NCBI GenBank assembly: GCA_002478265.1
Contig: DLNC01000019.1
Location: 2,866-66,865 of the forward strand
Source of the DNA: Syntrophaceae bacterium UBA7520
GTDB taxonomy: Bacteria > Desulfobacterota > Syntrophia > Syntrophales > Smithellaceae
Length of the DNA stretch: 64,000 bases
Direction of reading: 5' to 3'
Part shown: piece by piece, positions 12,454 through 22,583 of the stretch
Numbering within the stretch: position 1 is the stretch's first letter
How the letters are laid out: every line of letters starts with the position of its first letter
Notes under the pieces: model-generated
The model's input: only the letters and a program-made list of their open reading frames with translations
Databases searched by the model: none
What the model was told of the DNA's origin: nothing
Position numbers and translations under genes: made by a program

Positions 12454-13824
12454 ATGAAACTTTATCTGACAATCCGGAATTTCCTAAGCCGGCATCTTAC
12501 GCCGACCAGAATTTTTATATTCAGCTTTGCCGCATTCATCCTGCTGGGCACGTTTTTTCTTTGGCTGCCCTTTTCCGCCTCCGGAGACGGCTTGCGCTTT
12601 ATCGATGCTCTTTTTACCGCCGCCTCCGCCGTCTGTGTCACCGGCCTGACGGTGGTGGACACGGGAAAAGACCTGTCGTTGGCGGGGCAAATTATCACCA
12701 TGGTGCTTTTCCAGATCGGCGGCCTGGGCATCATCACATTTTCCGTCATCCTTTTTACGCTGATGGGCAAAGATATTTCCTTTAAAGGTCGGGAAATCTG
12801 CCAGGTTACTTTCCTGCACACCCCGCGGCGCGACTTCTTCTTTATCGTCAAAAAAGTCGTGCTTTACAGTTTTGTTATCGAAAGCATCGGCGCGGTGGTT
12901 CTCTTTTGGCGTTTCGCGCAGGATTTTACTACAGGGGCCGCTTTTTACCGCGCGCTCTATCACGCGATATCCGCCTTCAACAATGCCGGCTTCTCCCTTT
13001 TTTCCAACAGTCTGATGTCTTATCAAACAGACACGGTTATGAACATCGCCGTGATGACGCTAATTGTCCTGGGAGGCATCGGGTTCATTGTGCAAAATGA
13101 AGTGCTGGCCAGATTACGCGGACTCGAAAAAAGACTCTCTGTTCATACTAAAATTGTTCTGATAACGACCTTTGTCCTGATTATGGTGGGCGCAATCTGT
13201 TTTTATTTTATGGAAATGGATAACGCCTTGCGGGGAGCAGGCGTAAAAACAACATTGCTTTCTTCATTATTTCAATCTATTACCGCGCGCACCGCGGGCT
13301 TCAATACCGTGGACATCGGCATTCTCACCAACTCCACTATTCTTATCTTGATACTGCTGATGTTTATCGGCGCTTCGCCTGGCTCCACCGGCGGCGGCAT
13401 CAAAACCACCAGCTTTTCTCTGTTGTTGCTTTTGGTTGTCAGCCGTTTTAAAGGCAGCGAAAACGTCAATGTCGCCAACAGAACCATCCCCCAAGAAACA
13501 ATTGAAAAAACCATTTCCATCGTGCTCGCCGCCATATTCTTTGTGTGCCTGATCACATCTGTTTTGCTTTTTTTTGGCGGTACCGACGACACGCCCGCGG
13601 CCAGCCGCCATAAATTTGTGGAATACCTTTTTGAAACCGTATCCGCCTTCGCGACAGTGGGACTTTCCATGGGCATTACCGATAAGCTCAACGACATTCA
13701 GAAAATTGCCATTACTTTCATGATGTTTGCCGGACGGGTCGGCCCGCTGACGCTGGCTTTTGCTTTGTATTCGGCCCGGAAAAAAGGTATAACCTATGCC
13801 GAAGAAACAGTAATGGTGGGTTAA
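12454..13824 (+). CDS. trkH: TrkH/KtrB family potassium transporter membrane subunit
   Basis: 456 aa, polytopic. Four pore-loop glycine motifs: QIGGLGIITF, NNAGFSLF, RTAGFNTV, ATVGLSMG. Confidence 0.9.
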   Translation: MKLYLTIRNFLSRHLTPTRIFIFSFAAFILLGTFFLWLPFSASGDGLRFIDALFTAASAVCVTGLTVVDTGKDLSLAGQIITMVLFQIGGLGIITFSVILFTLMGKDISFKGREICQVTFLHTPRRDFFFIVKKVVLYSFVIESIGAVVLFWRFAQDFTTGAAFYRALYHAISAFNNAGFSLFSNSLMSYQTDTVMNIAVMTLIVLGGIGFIVQNEVLARLRGLEKRLSVHTKIVLITTFVLIMVGAICFYFMEMDNALRGAGVKTTLLSSLFQSITARTAGFNTVDIGILTNSTILILILLMFIGASPGSTGGGIKTTSFSLLLLLVVSRFKGSENVNVANRTIPQETIEKTISIVLAAIFFVCLITSVLLFFGGTDDTPAASRHKFVEYLFETVSAFATVGLSMGITDKLNDIQKIAITFMMFAGRVGPLTLAFALYSARKKGITYAEETVMVG

Positions 13825-13872
13825 TTTATTTTTCCCGTAGGGTTTTGGCGAAAATTTAAGGAGGAAAATTAA

Positions 13873-14520
13873 ATGAAAAGAGCGATTGTCATCGGCCTGG
13901 GCATATTCGGATACAACGTCGCGCGCGATTTATTTGAAAACGGATTTGATGTTGTCGTGGTCGATAAGAACAAAGACGCCATCCAGAAAATGAAAAACTA
14001 TTCCACCAAGGCGATTCTCGCGGACGGCACGGACAAGGAAGTAATGGATGAAATCGGCGTTCAGGAAGACGATGTCGCGATAATTTCCTTCGGCGAAGAT
14101 CTCGCCGCCGCCACCTTAATCACGCTGCACTTAAAACAGATGCGCGTGAAGAACATCATCGTGAAAGCGCCGAATGAGGAACACAAGATGATTCTGGAAA
14201 AAGTCGGCGCCACGGACGTCATCATCCCGGAAATGGACGTGGCCAAAAAAATTTCCAAAAGCCTCATCTCGCCCAATGTCATGGACTATATTCCCCTCTC
14301 CGAAGACTATATGATCATTGAACTTGCCCCTCCCAACAGTTTTCTGGGCAAAACCATTGCCGAGCTGCAGTTGCGCAGCAAACATAATATCGAAGTCATT
14401 GCCGTGCGCGATGTTCTTTCCGACGCCATCCATATGGTGCCGGCGGCGGATTTTGTCGTTAAGGACGGCGAGGTTCTCGTCGTGGTCGGCAAGGAAAAAG
14501 ACATCAGAAAAATAAAATAA
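13873..14520 (+). CDS. trkA: TrkA/KtrA potassium uptake regulatory (RCK) subunit
   Basis: 215 aa. Rossmann motif IGLGIFGYNVARDL (TrkA-N) followed by a TrkA-C-like C-terminus. Immediately follows trkH. Confidence 0.9.
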   Translation: MKRAIVIGLGIFGYNVARDLFENGFDVVVVDKNKDAIQKMKNYSTKAILADGTDKEVMDEIGVQEDDVAIISFGEDLAAATLITLHLKQMRVKNIIVKAPNEEHKMILEKVGATDVIIPEMDVAKKISKSLISPNVMDYIPLSEDYMIIELAPPNSFLGKTIAELQLRSKHNIEVIAVRDVLSDAIHMVPAADFVVKDGEVLVVVGKEKDIRKIK

Positions 14521-14750
14521 TTTTATTAAATAATTAGAAGTGTTTTTGCGTTCTCGGCACCGGCTCATGGCAAGCAAACAGGAGAACAAAAGTCGCTTTT
14601 TGCATCTTGCGCAAACCTGATAATTATAATAGGAATCCTCACAAGAGGCGAAATTTGCGGCATTTAATCGCTGGATTTAATGACAAATATTTAATGCATA
14701 TTTAGCAACAGCTATCATAAACATATCCTTGATTATGAAGGGGGGGCAAA

Positions 14751-16115
14751 ATGAAACGCTGCATACTTTTTTTGTTGGGATTTATTCTTTTACTGGCTTT
14801 TGCCATTGAGTCGCGGGCCGCTGATGTAAAGTTCAGCGGCGATTTTTACGCCACCGGCATGTATCTGGACGAGACAACTTTCAGAAAAGACGCCACCGGT
14901 TATCCGGCCACCGCTTTTTATTTTCAACGGCTACGCGTACGGACAGAGTTTATCGTGACGCCTGCCTTGAAACTGATCACCCGTTTTGACGCGATGGAGA
15001 GAATCTGGGGCGGCGCCAGATCCGCACCGAGCATTACGGCCGATTCTCTCTCCGCGGCAACACGCGCGGAAAATGAAAACATCGCTTTTGACTGGGCCTA
15101 CGTGCATTATGCGTCCAAGCTGGGTCTGTGGCGCATCGGATACATGGATGACGGGGCGTGGGGCACGGTATTCGCCGACTCGTCTCAACCCGCCGGAGTA
15201 ATCGCCTGGAGTTACACCACCGGGCCCTGGTATTTCATCCTCAAAACCGTCAAATTGAAAGATAGCAGTCGCTCGGTGGCCAGTCCGACAACCACGGCTA
15301 CCGATGTTGATGCCGACAAATACGCCGCGGCCTTCAAGTATTCCTGGAAAGGCGGCAGCGCAGGCGTTTTGGGCGGCATCGGACGCGACGCCTCTAAAAG
15401 ACCGGCGCCGGACAATTATTTAACTTTCACCTACAGCCTCACGCCTTACGCCATCGCGCAGCTAGGCCCCGTCAAACTGCAGGCGGAAGTTTCCTACGCC
15501 TGGGGCAAACTGCGCGACTACGACAACGGCACCGCTGATATAAAACTAACCAATCTGGCTGCCTTTTTGGACGCCGTAGCTGACTTCGGCATGTTTTACA
15601 CAGGCGGCACCTTTGCCTATATCTCCGGCGATAACCCCGCCACCGCAAACAAATCAGAAGGCGGCAGAATCAGCGGCGGTATGGATTGGAATCCCTGCCT
15701 GCTTTTATGGAATTATGACCGCAACTACCGGGCAGGAACATTATACGGTCATGGCGGAAGTGTCGGCCCACCGGACACGCGCCCGCAAAATGCCAGCTCC
15801 ATGTCCAACGCCTGGTTCGGGCAATTAAGAGGCGGCATTCGTCCGGTAAGCGACCTGGATATCATGGCTTCGGTCTCTTACGCGCAGGCGGATAAAAAAC
15901 CCTGGGCAACAGCGGGAGATCCCACCAGCGTCTATCAGAAAAAAGATTACGGCGTGGAAGTGGATTTAATCGCCACCTACAGAATCACCAATAATCTGTC
16001 CTACATGTTAGGGGGAGCTTATCTGTTCACCGGAGGGTATTTCAAAGGAATGGACGCGACAGCCAAAGTCAGTGATAATTATCTGCTGATCAACAAACTG
16101 ACGCTTACCTTCTAA
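14751..16115 (+). CDS. outer-membrane beta-barrel porin-like protein (paralog A)
   Basis: 454 aa. Signal peptide ending AIESRA/AD, alternating beta-strand pattern, C-terminal LTLTF (terminal Phe typical of OMPs). 52 nt upstream of tctC. Close paralog at 19242-20567. Confidence 0.75.
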   Translation: MKRCILFLLGFILLLAFAIESRAADVKFSGDFYATGMYLDETTFRKDATGYPATAFYFQRLRVRTEFIVTPALKLITRFDAMERIWGGARSAPSITADSLSAATRAENENIAFDWAYVHYASKLGLWRIGYMDDGAWGTVFADSSQPAGVIAWSYTTGPWYFILKTVKLKDSSRSVASPTTTATDVDADKYAAAFKYSWKGGSAGVLGGIGRDASKRPAPDNYLTFTYSLTPYAIAQLGPVKLQAEVSYAWGKLRDYDNGTADIKLTNLAAFLDAVADFGMFYTGGTFAYISGDNPATANKSEGGRISGGMDWNPCLLLWNYDRNYRAGTLYGHGGSVGPPDTRPQNASSMSNAWFGQLRGGIRPVSDLDIMASVSYAQADKKPWATAGDPTSVYQKKDYGVEVDLIATYRITNNLSYMLGGAYLFTGGYFKGMDATAKVSDNYLLINKLTLTF

Positions 16116-16167
16116 AAATTATTTTGCAAAACGACTTGAACAGCCAGCAGTAAAAGGAGGCCTGAAA

Positions 16168-17154
16168 ATGAAAATAAGAAGCATTATTTCTATATTATTT
16201 TTATCGTCAATGTTATTGGTGTTTGCCGGTCAGCCGGTCTCGGCCGCATTTCCGGAAAGGCCGATCACGCTGCTGGTGGGCTTCAGTCCGGGCGGTTCAA
16301 TGGATTTAAGCGCGCGGGCGTTGGCCGCAGCGGCGGAGAAAATTCTGGGACAACCCATTGTTGTTGAAAATAAACCTGGTGGAACAGGCATGGTGGCCTT
16401 GGCCGCGATGCTCGCGCAGAATCCAGACGGCTACACGCTGTGCGCGACACCCAGTTCCGTGATCATCCGCGCAAGCCAGATGCAGGAAGCGCCCTTCAAG
16501 CCGTTCAGCAGCTTCCGCCCGATTATCGGATTTTCCGAGCCGCAATTGGGCATCGTGGTAAAAAACGACGCGCGCTGGAAATCGTTGAAAGAACTTGTCA
16601 ACTACGCTCAAAAAAACCCGAACAAATTGAAATACGCGACCACCGGCATCGGCAGCACCACACATGCTGCGGTGGATGTCATTTCCGCCAAAAAGAAACT
16701 GCAAATGATTCATGTGCCTTACAAAGGCAGCATGGAAGCTCTCACCGCCTTGCTGGGTGGACATGTTGATTTCGCGGCGCTCACGTCGGAGTTGATCCCC
16801 GCGGTGAAAGCAGGACAGTTGAGACTTCTGGCCGTGATCAGCGAAAAACGTTCGCCGATTTTTCCCAAAACTTCCACGCTAAAAGAACTGGGATATGATT
16901 TCGCCAATGACGCTGTGTTCGCCGTGGTTGCCCCCGCGGATATTCCCACGGATGTGGCAAAAAATCTGGAAGAGGCTTTTGCCGCCGCGACGAAAAGCAA
17001 GGAATATCTGGACGCCCTGGATAAAATCGGCATGATTCCCGTTTATTACAACGGCGAAAAGTTCAGTGAATTTCTTAAAATTTACTGGAAAAAAATCAAC
17101 GAGCATCTGATTGCCACCGGCGTCATCAAGGAAGCGGCCACCAAGCCGGAGTAA
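16168..17154 (+). CDS. tctC: tripartite tricarboxylate transporter substrate-binding protein (Bug/TctC family)
   Basis: 328 aa. Signal peptide, then ERPITLLVGFSPGGSMDL...NKPGGTGMVA, typical of the Bug/TctC family. Followed by tctB and tctA. Confidence 0.88.
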   Translation: MKIRSIISILFLSSMLLVFAGQPVSAAFPERPITLLVGFSPGGSMDLSARALAAAAEKILGQPIVVENKPGGTGMVALAAMLAQNPDGYTLCATPSSVIIRASQMQEAPFKPFSSFRPIIGFSEPQLGIVVKNDARWKSLKELVNYAQKNPNKLKYATTGIGSTTHAAVDVISAKKKLQMIHVPYKGSMEALTALLGGHVDFAALTSELIPAVKAGQLRLLAVISEKRSPIFPKTSTLKELGYDFANDAVFAVVAPADIPTDVAKNLEEAFAAATKSKEYLDALDKIGMIPVYYNGEKFSEFLKIYWKKINEHLIATGVIKEAATKPE

Positions 17155-17188
17155 AAAGTCAACTCCCTGGCGCCGGTTATGAGGATAC

Positions 17189-17644
17189 GTGAACAGACTT
17201 GATATTATCAGCGGCGTTATCTTTCTCGCGCTGGCATTCCTTGTTCTGATGCATGCATTTACGCTGGGACTGGGAAAACTTGCCCAGCCCCAGCCCGGCT
17301 TCTTCCCTTTTTGGGCGGCTTTTTTTTTAATTATCTTTTGCCTGTCTTTAATTTCCGAAAATATCACCGGCAAAAAAAATAAATCCGAAACTTCATTTTT
17401 CTTGCGCGAGATTATTCCGCGCAAGAGCTTTTTAATTGTTTTGTCTCTCTTGGTTTATGCTTTGCTTCTTCCCCGGCTGGGATATCTTCCCGCCACATTT
17501 TTCCTCTTGCTGTTCTTGTTTATGACAGCAAGAATCAAAATATGGGGCGCTTTGATAAAGTCTTTGCTGGCGGTTATTCTGAGTTATATTTTATTCCAGT
17601 ATCTCTTAAAAACACCCCTGCCCCAAACTTTGGGAATTTTATAG
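17189..17644 (+). CDS. tctB: tripartite tricarboxylate transporter small membrane subunit TctB
   Basis: 151 aa, GTG start, four hydrophobic helices. Located between tctC and tctA. Confidence 0.75.
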   Translation: MNRLDIISGVIFLALAFLVLMHAFTLGLGKLAQPQPGFFPFWAAFFLIIFCLSLISENITGKKNKSETSFFLREIIPRKSFLIVLSLLVYALLLPRLGYLPATFFLLLFLFMTARIKIWGALIKSLLAVILSYILFQYLLKTPLPQTLGIL

Positions 17645-17656
17645 ACGGAGAATTTC

Positions 17657-19141
17657 TTGGAAGCATTAAACAGCTTGCTGGGCGGCCTGGCCATCGCTTT
17701 TGAATTTCATAACCTTGCCCTCATTCTGGCGGGATGCCTCCTGGGCACGCTGGTGGGTGTTTTGCCCGGCATCGGCCCGGCGGGCGCCATTTCTATCTTG
17801 CTGCCGCTCTCTTTCCAACTGCCGCCGGCCGGGGCAATCATTATGCTGGCGGGCATTTACAACGGCGCGATGTACGGCGGCTCGACAACGTCCATTCTGG
17901 TAAACGTGCCCGGTGAAGCAGCCTCCGTGGTTACCTGCCTGGACGGCTATCAGATGGCGCGCAAAGGAAAAGCCGGCGCGGCTTTGGGCATCGCGGTTTT
18001 CGGCTCTTTTATAGCGGCGACCGTCGGCTTAATCGGCCTGCAGCTGATCGCCGGACCGCTGTCGGAATTTGCCCTTAAATTCGGCCCGCCGGAATATTTT
18101 GCCGTAATTCTTTTGGGTTTCACCTTTATCATTTACCTGGCGCAGCGCTCAATCATTAAAGCGGCAATCATGGCGCTTTGCGGACTGATCCTGGGCGCAA
18201 TCGGGCTGGATCCGATCACCTCTCAACCCCGTCTGACTTTCGGCATCATCAGTTTATATGAAGGGTTGCATGTCGTGCCTTTGGCCATAGGCCTCTTCGG
18301 CCTGGCGGAAATTCTAGCCAATCTGGAAAAAACCGTTCCGCAAAAAATAATAAAAGTGAAATTTAGAAATTTGTTCCCTAAAAAAGCGCACTGGCTCAAA
18401 GCCAGGTGGGCGATAATCAGGGGCACTTTGATCGGGTTTTTCATGGGAATTCTGCCGGGCGGCGGACCGGTGCTTTCGTCCTTTATTTCCTACGGCGTTG
18501 AAAAAAGATTGGCGAAGAAGCCTCAAAGATTCGGGCGGGGCGCCATTGAAGGAGTGGCCGCTCCCGAATCCGCCAATAACGCCGCCGCGTCCACTTCCTT
18601 TATCCCTTTGCTGACGCTGGGCATTCCGCCCAATGTCGTTCTGGCGGTGCTCTTCGGCGCGTTTTTGATGCACGGCATCACCCCCGGCCCGCTTTTGCTC
18701 AAAGAGCATCCAGATATTTTCTGGTGCATCATCGGCAGCATGTACATAGGAAATATCATTCTACTGGTTATGAATCTGCCCCTCATTCCTTTGTGGGTGC
18801 AGGTTTTGCGCATTCCGGAGCGCATCCTCTACCCCCTGATTATTCTTCTTTGCGTAATTGGCGCCTTTTCCATAAATAATAACGTTTTTGATATTTTTAT
18901 TATGATTATTTTCGGAGTCTTCGGATATCTGCTCAGGAAGTTCGACTATGAACCGGCGCCGCTGATTTTAGCGTTTGTGCTAGGGCCGATGTTTGAAGTG
19001 AACTTGCGACGCTCGCTTCTGATGTCGCAGGGAAGCTTCGGCATTTTTATAGAACGCCCGGTAGCGTTGATGGCCCTCGTTTTATGTTTTCTGGTGATTG
19101 TTCTCCCAGTTTACCATGCACTAACGAAGAGAAAAAAATAA
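17657..19141 (+). CDS. tctA: tripartite tricarboxylate transporter large permease TctA
   Basis: 494 aa, TTG start, about 12 TM helices. Contains GVLPGIGPAGAISILLP and GVAAPESANNAA, typical of TctA. Confidence 0.9.
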   Translation: MEALNSLLGGLAIAFEFHNLALILAGCLLGTLVGVLPGIGPAGAISILLPLSFQLPPAGAIIMLAGIYNGAMYGGSTTSILVNVPGEAASVVTCLDGYQMARKGKAGAALGIAVFGSFIAATVGLIGLQLIAGPLSEFALKFGPPEYFAVILLGFTFIIYLAQRSIIKAAIMALCGLILGAIGLDPITSQPRLTFGIISLYEGLHVVPLAIGLFGLAEILANLEKTVPQKIIKVKFRNLFPKKAHWLKARWAIIRGTLIGFFMGILPGGGPVLSSFISYGVEKRLAKKPQRFGRGAIEGVAAPESANNAAASTSFIPLLTLGIPPNVVLAVLFGAFLMHGITPGPLLLKEHPDIFWCIIGSMYIGNIILLVMNLPLIPLWVQVLRIPERILYPLIILLCVIGAFSINNNVFDIFIMIIFGVFGYLLRKFDYEPAPLILAFVLGPMFEVNLRRSLLMSQGSFGIFIERPVALMALVLCFLVIVLPVYHALTKRKK

Positions 19142-19163
19142 ATATCCACCGCGAAAAATAAAA

Positions 19164-19200
19164 ATCCCCGGAAGCAATATTTGCCTCCGGGGATGATTTT
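19164..19200. terminator. bidirectional terminator between convergent tctA and porin paralog B
   Basis: 9-bp stem ATCCCCGGA (19164-19172) / TCCGGGGAT (19186-19194). T-rich on the minus-strand side, weaker GATTTT on the plus side. Confidence 0.65.
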
Positions 19201-19241
19201 CTCCGACTAAAAGCCTTCGGCCTTCGGTCTTAAGCCTGCAG

Positions 19242-20567
19242 CTAGAACGTCAGCGTTAGTTTATTGATGAGCATGTAATTGTCGCTGACTTTGTTGGCGG
19301 CATTGTTGTATTTGAAGTAATCGCCCGTCCACAAGTAACCTCCGCCCAACATATAGGAAAGATTGTTGGTGATTTTGTAGGTGGCGGTTAAATCAAACTC
19401 CATGCCGTAATCCTTTTTCAGGTAGCCGGTCGGTTTTCGGTCCGCCGTGGCATAGGCCAGAGAAGCCATGATGTCCAAGTCAGCAATCGGACGAACGCCC
19501 ACGCGTCCCTGATAGAAAAACGCGTTGGCCATTGCATTGTTTACATCGCCGGTAGCGCTGGCGTCATGACCTCTGATGGGGCCTACCCATCTATAGGTAT
19601 CATAATAGCCAAACAAAATCAGACAGGGGTTCCAGTCGCGCCCGCCTGTAAGCGTGCCGCCTTCTCTTTTGTTGGTGGTGTTGGGATTATCACCCGAAAC
19701 ATACGCGAAGGTTCCGCCCGCATAAAACATGCCGAAATCAGCTAGGGCATTGAGATATCCAGACAGACCGGTCATTTTAATGTCGGCCGTGGCGTTGTCA
19801 TAATCCCTTTCCTTACCGGTGACATAACCAAGTTCCGCTTCCAGCGCGACAGGGCCTATTTTGGCCATCGCGTAAGGCACAACCTGCCAGTAAGTCTTTT
19901 CATAGTTGTCTGGCGCAGGACGCTTTCTCGCGTCGCGGTTATAGGTAACATTCACGCCTGCCTTGCCGCCTTTCCAGGAATAGACACCTTCAATACCGTA
20001 CTCATCACGATCAGCATCGTTATAAGTTGCTGTGGAGATAAAGGAACGGCTTTTATCTTCTAACTTGCTGGTCTGAACTTCAACAAATATTGGCCCGTAG
20101 GTATAGGCGTATTTGATTCTGGCCGCCGGGGCGATGTTGTTGCCGAAAGCAGTCCCTGTCGTGCCCTTATTCATGATACCGGCTTGGAACACGCCGATGG
20201 GAGCTTTGTAATTGATGTACGCCCAATCAAAAGCGATGTTTTCATTTTCCGCGCGCGTGCCGGAAGAATCGACATCGGCTGTCGTTCCAACAGCGCTTCT
20301 GGCGCCGCCCCAGATTCTCTCCAACGCGTCAAAACGAGTGATCAAAGACAAGGCCGGGGTAACGACAAAATCCGTCCTCACCCGCAGTCTCTGAAAGTAG
20401 AATGCGGTGGCTGGATAGCCCGTGGTGTCTTTTTGCAGCGATGTCTGATCCACATACATACCCGCCGCGTAATACTGGCCACTGAATTTGACATCGGCAG
20501 CCAGAGCCGACGCGCTAAAGACGCTAAGCAGTCCCAGCGCCAGCAAAACTAACAAAAATCTCTTCAT
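19242..20567 (-). CDS. outer-membrane beta-barrel porin-like protein (paralog B)
   Basis: ATG 20567 (MKRFLLVLLALGLL) has an AAAGGAGGAA RBS; the ORF extension to 20636 is unlikely. Shares long identical runs with paralog A (GYPATAFYFQRLRVRT, ERIWGGARSA, TRAENENIAFDWAY, ITNNLSYMLGG). Ends LINKLTLTF. Confidence 0.78.
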   Translation of the reverse strand: MKRFLLVLLALGLLSVFSASALAADVKFSGQYYAAGMYVDQTSLQKDTTGYPATAFYFQRLRVRTDFVVTPALSLITRFDALERIWGGARSAVGTTADVDSSGTRAENENIAFDWAYINYKAPIGVFQAGIMNKGTTGTAFGNNIAPAARIKYAYTYGPIFVEVQTSKLEDKSRSFISTATYNDADRDEYGIEGVYSWKGGKAGVNVTYNRDARKRPAPDNYEKTYWQVVPYAMAKIGPVALEAELGYVTGKERDYDNATADIKMTGLSGYLNALADFGMFYAGGTFAYVSGDNPNTTNKREGGTLTGGRDWNPCLILFGYYDTYRWVGPIRGHDASATGDVNNAMANAFFYQGRVGVRPIADLDIMASLAYATADRKPTGYLKKDYGMEFDLTATYKITNNLSYMLGGGYLWTGDYFKYNNAANKVSDNYMLINKLTLTF

Positions 20568-20781
20568 TTTTTCCTCCTTTTGAAAATTTTTCCTTAGTTG
20601 CGTATTATTTCTGCGCAACCGCGGAGGAAGGTACAACTGTCAGGTTACAAAATAATGACAGAGAAGTTAAAGAACAAAGGCATTACGCCACTTGCGTAAC
20701 TTTTCATTATTATTGCCCTTATGGCTCAAACTAAAAAACACGAGCTGTTTTTGCCAGATACTTTTTATGCTGTTTGCGAGC

Positions 20782-20815
20782 AAAAAAACCGGCTATAAAG
20801 AAACTTTATAGCCGG
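20782..20815 (-). terminator. rho-independent terminator after the 94-aa membrane protein gene
   Basis: 12-bp perfect stem CCGGCTATAAAG (20789-20800) / CTTTATAGCCGG (20804-20815), 3-nt loop, T7 on the minus strand. Confidence 0.85.
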
Positions 20816-20859
20816 CAGATTTGTCTTTTGCCAACAGTGTCTTTGGTGTAACGAAAAGA

Positions 20860-21144
20860 TTAATTCTTTTTCAACTTATTGAGCTCTTCTCTATATTTTT
20901 CGGCTTCGGCCTTTGCTTTTTCCGCTTCCTGCCGGGCCATCTCCAGTTTCTCTTCCTGGCTTAATTTCTCTTCATTGATTTTTTCCTGCATCTCATCAAT
21001 TCCGACATACACCGCCAACGCCCCCCCTAAAAGCAGACAAATGGGAAAAGCGCCTTTAACGATAGTCATAAAATCTCCCCACCAAAAAATGAGGCTGACC
21101 AATCCGATAATACCGGAAATAATGCCCCCGATAAGCAATGACAT
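20860..21144 (-). CDS. small membrane protein with C-terminal charged coiled coil (hypothetical)
   Basis: 94 aa. Two hydrophobic helices, then a Glu/Lys-rich helix EEKLEMARQEAEKAKAEAEKYREELNKLKK. Has its own terminator. No family recognised. Confidence 0.55.
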   Translation of the reverse strand: MSLLIGGIISGIIGLVSLIFWWGDFMTIVKGAFPICLLLGGALAVYVGIDEMQEKINEEKLSQEEKLEMARQEAEKAKAEAEKYREELNKLKKN

Positions 21145-21312
21145 AACTAAACCTCCCGCAAATTGACTGACTGCTTGTATTATTTATTTGGGAATTTCCG
21201 TATCATGAAAAGATGCTTGAGGCAAGACCCAAATAATTGATAATTAAGGATAAAAATAACTCTTGATTTAAAGCCCTTCATCAATTAAATACCAATTACT
21301 TAATGAAGACGT

Positions 21313-21696
21313 ATGGATAAAATAACAGAGCCTAATTTTTCCAAATCGGACGGTTTAATCCCCGCGATTGTTCAAGATGCCGCGTCCGGCGAAGTCCTCA
21401 TGCTGGCCTACATGAACCGGCAGGCATGGGAGGCGACATTACAGAGCGGCAAAGCTACTTACTGGAGTCGTTCGCGCCAATCCCTATGGGTAAAAGGCGA
21501 AACTTCGGGTAATGTTCAGCTGATAAAAAATATTTTCATCGATTGCGACAACGACGCCGTACTTTTACAGGTGCAACAGATCGGCGAGGCGGCCTGCCAC
21601 ACGGGTTTCAGGTCCTGTTTTTACCGTAAGCTGGAAAACGGCGATTTTAAAATTGTCGGAGAGCAAATTTTTGATCCCAAGGAAGTCTATAAATGA
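21313..21696 (+). CDS. hisI: phosphoribosyl-AMP cyclohydrolase
   Basis: 127 aa. Motifs [55 protein letters not shown]. Confidence 0.93.
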   Translation: MDKITEPNFSKSDGLIPAIVQDAASGEVLMLAYMNRQAWEATLQSGKATYWSRSRQSLWVKGETSGNVQLIKNIFIDCDNDAVLLQVQQIGEAACHTGFRSCFYRKLENGDFKIVGEQIFDPKEVYK

Positions 21697-22565
21697 AGAT
21701 TCTGAAGCTGGGGATTCCCAAGGGCTCCCTGGAAGAAAACACGGTGGATATTTTTAAAAAAGCCGGCTGGCGCATCACTTACGACAGCCGCAGTTATTTC
21801 CCGGATATTGACGATGCGGAAATGACCTGCTCGCTGGTGCGCGCGCAGGAAATGTCTCGCTATATCGAAGACGGCACGCTGGATTTAGGCCTCACCGGCA
21901 TTGACTGGATTATGGAAAACGGCTCCGATGTCGTTGTCGTGCAGGACCTTATTTATTCCAAAGTTTCCATGCGTCAGGCACGCTGGGTTCTGGTCGTGCG
22001 CGGCGATTCCCCCTACCAGAAAATCGAGGATATGGAAGGAAAAAAAATATCCACGGAGCTGGTTAATTTCACCAAAAAATATTTCGCGGACAGAAAAATC
22101 AACGTTCAGGTGGAATTTTCCTGGGGAGCGACGGAAGCCAAGGTTGTGGAAGGTCTGGTGGACGCCGTGGTGGAAGTAACGGAAACCGGCTCCACTATCA
22201 AGGCCAATAAATTACGCATCATTCATGAACTGATGAAAACCAACACGCAGCTCATCGCCAACCGCGCCGCCTGGGAAGATCCCTGGAAAAGAAAAAAAAT
22301 CGAGCAAATCAGAACCATGCTTGTCGGCTCGCTGCAGGCGATGGGCAAAGTGGGACTTAAACTAAATGTCTCCAAGGAAAACCTAGACAAGGTAATGTCG
22401 CTGATTCCCGCGCTGCGTTCACCCACCGTTTCAACTCTCTCCACGACGGACTGGTTCGCGGTGGAATCGATTGTCAACGCCAAAGGAATGCGCGAGCTGA
22501 TCCCGCTTCTGCTGGATGCTGGCGCCGAGGGCATAATTGAATATCCTCTGAACAAAGTCGTTTAA
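21693..22565 (+). CDS. hisG: ATP phosphoribosyltransferase (long form)
   Basis: 290 aa. ATGA overlap with the hisI stop. Contains [10 protein letters not shown] and [13 protein letters not shown], plus a C-terminal regulatory domain. Confidence 0.9.
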   Translation: MKILKLGIPKGSLEENTVDIFKKAGWRITYDSRSYFPDIDDAEMTCSLVRAQEMSRYIEDGTLDLGLTGIDWIMENGSDVVVVQDLIYSKVSMRQARWVLVVRGDSPYQKIEDMEGKKISTELVNFTKKYFADRKINVQVEFSWGATEAKVVEGLVDAVVEVTETGSTIKANKLRIIHELMKTNTQLIANRAAWEDPWKRKKIEQIRTMLVGSLQAMGKVGLKLNVSKENLDKVMSLIPALRSPTVSTLSTTDWFAVESIVNAKGMRELIPLLLDAGAEGIIEYPLNKVV

Positions 22566-22583
22566 GAACGAAGGCAAAAATAT

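Noticed and set aside
12438-12785. 115-aa ORF in an alternative frame at the trkH 5' end
   Set aside because: It overlaps trkH in another frame. The trkH frame shows the conserved pore-loop motifs; this one shows none.
19201-19241. Tandem CCTTCGG CCTTCGG direct repeat after the tctA terminator
   Set aside because: Only two 7-nt units adjacent to the porin stop, which is too short to interpret.
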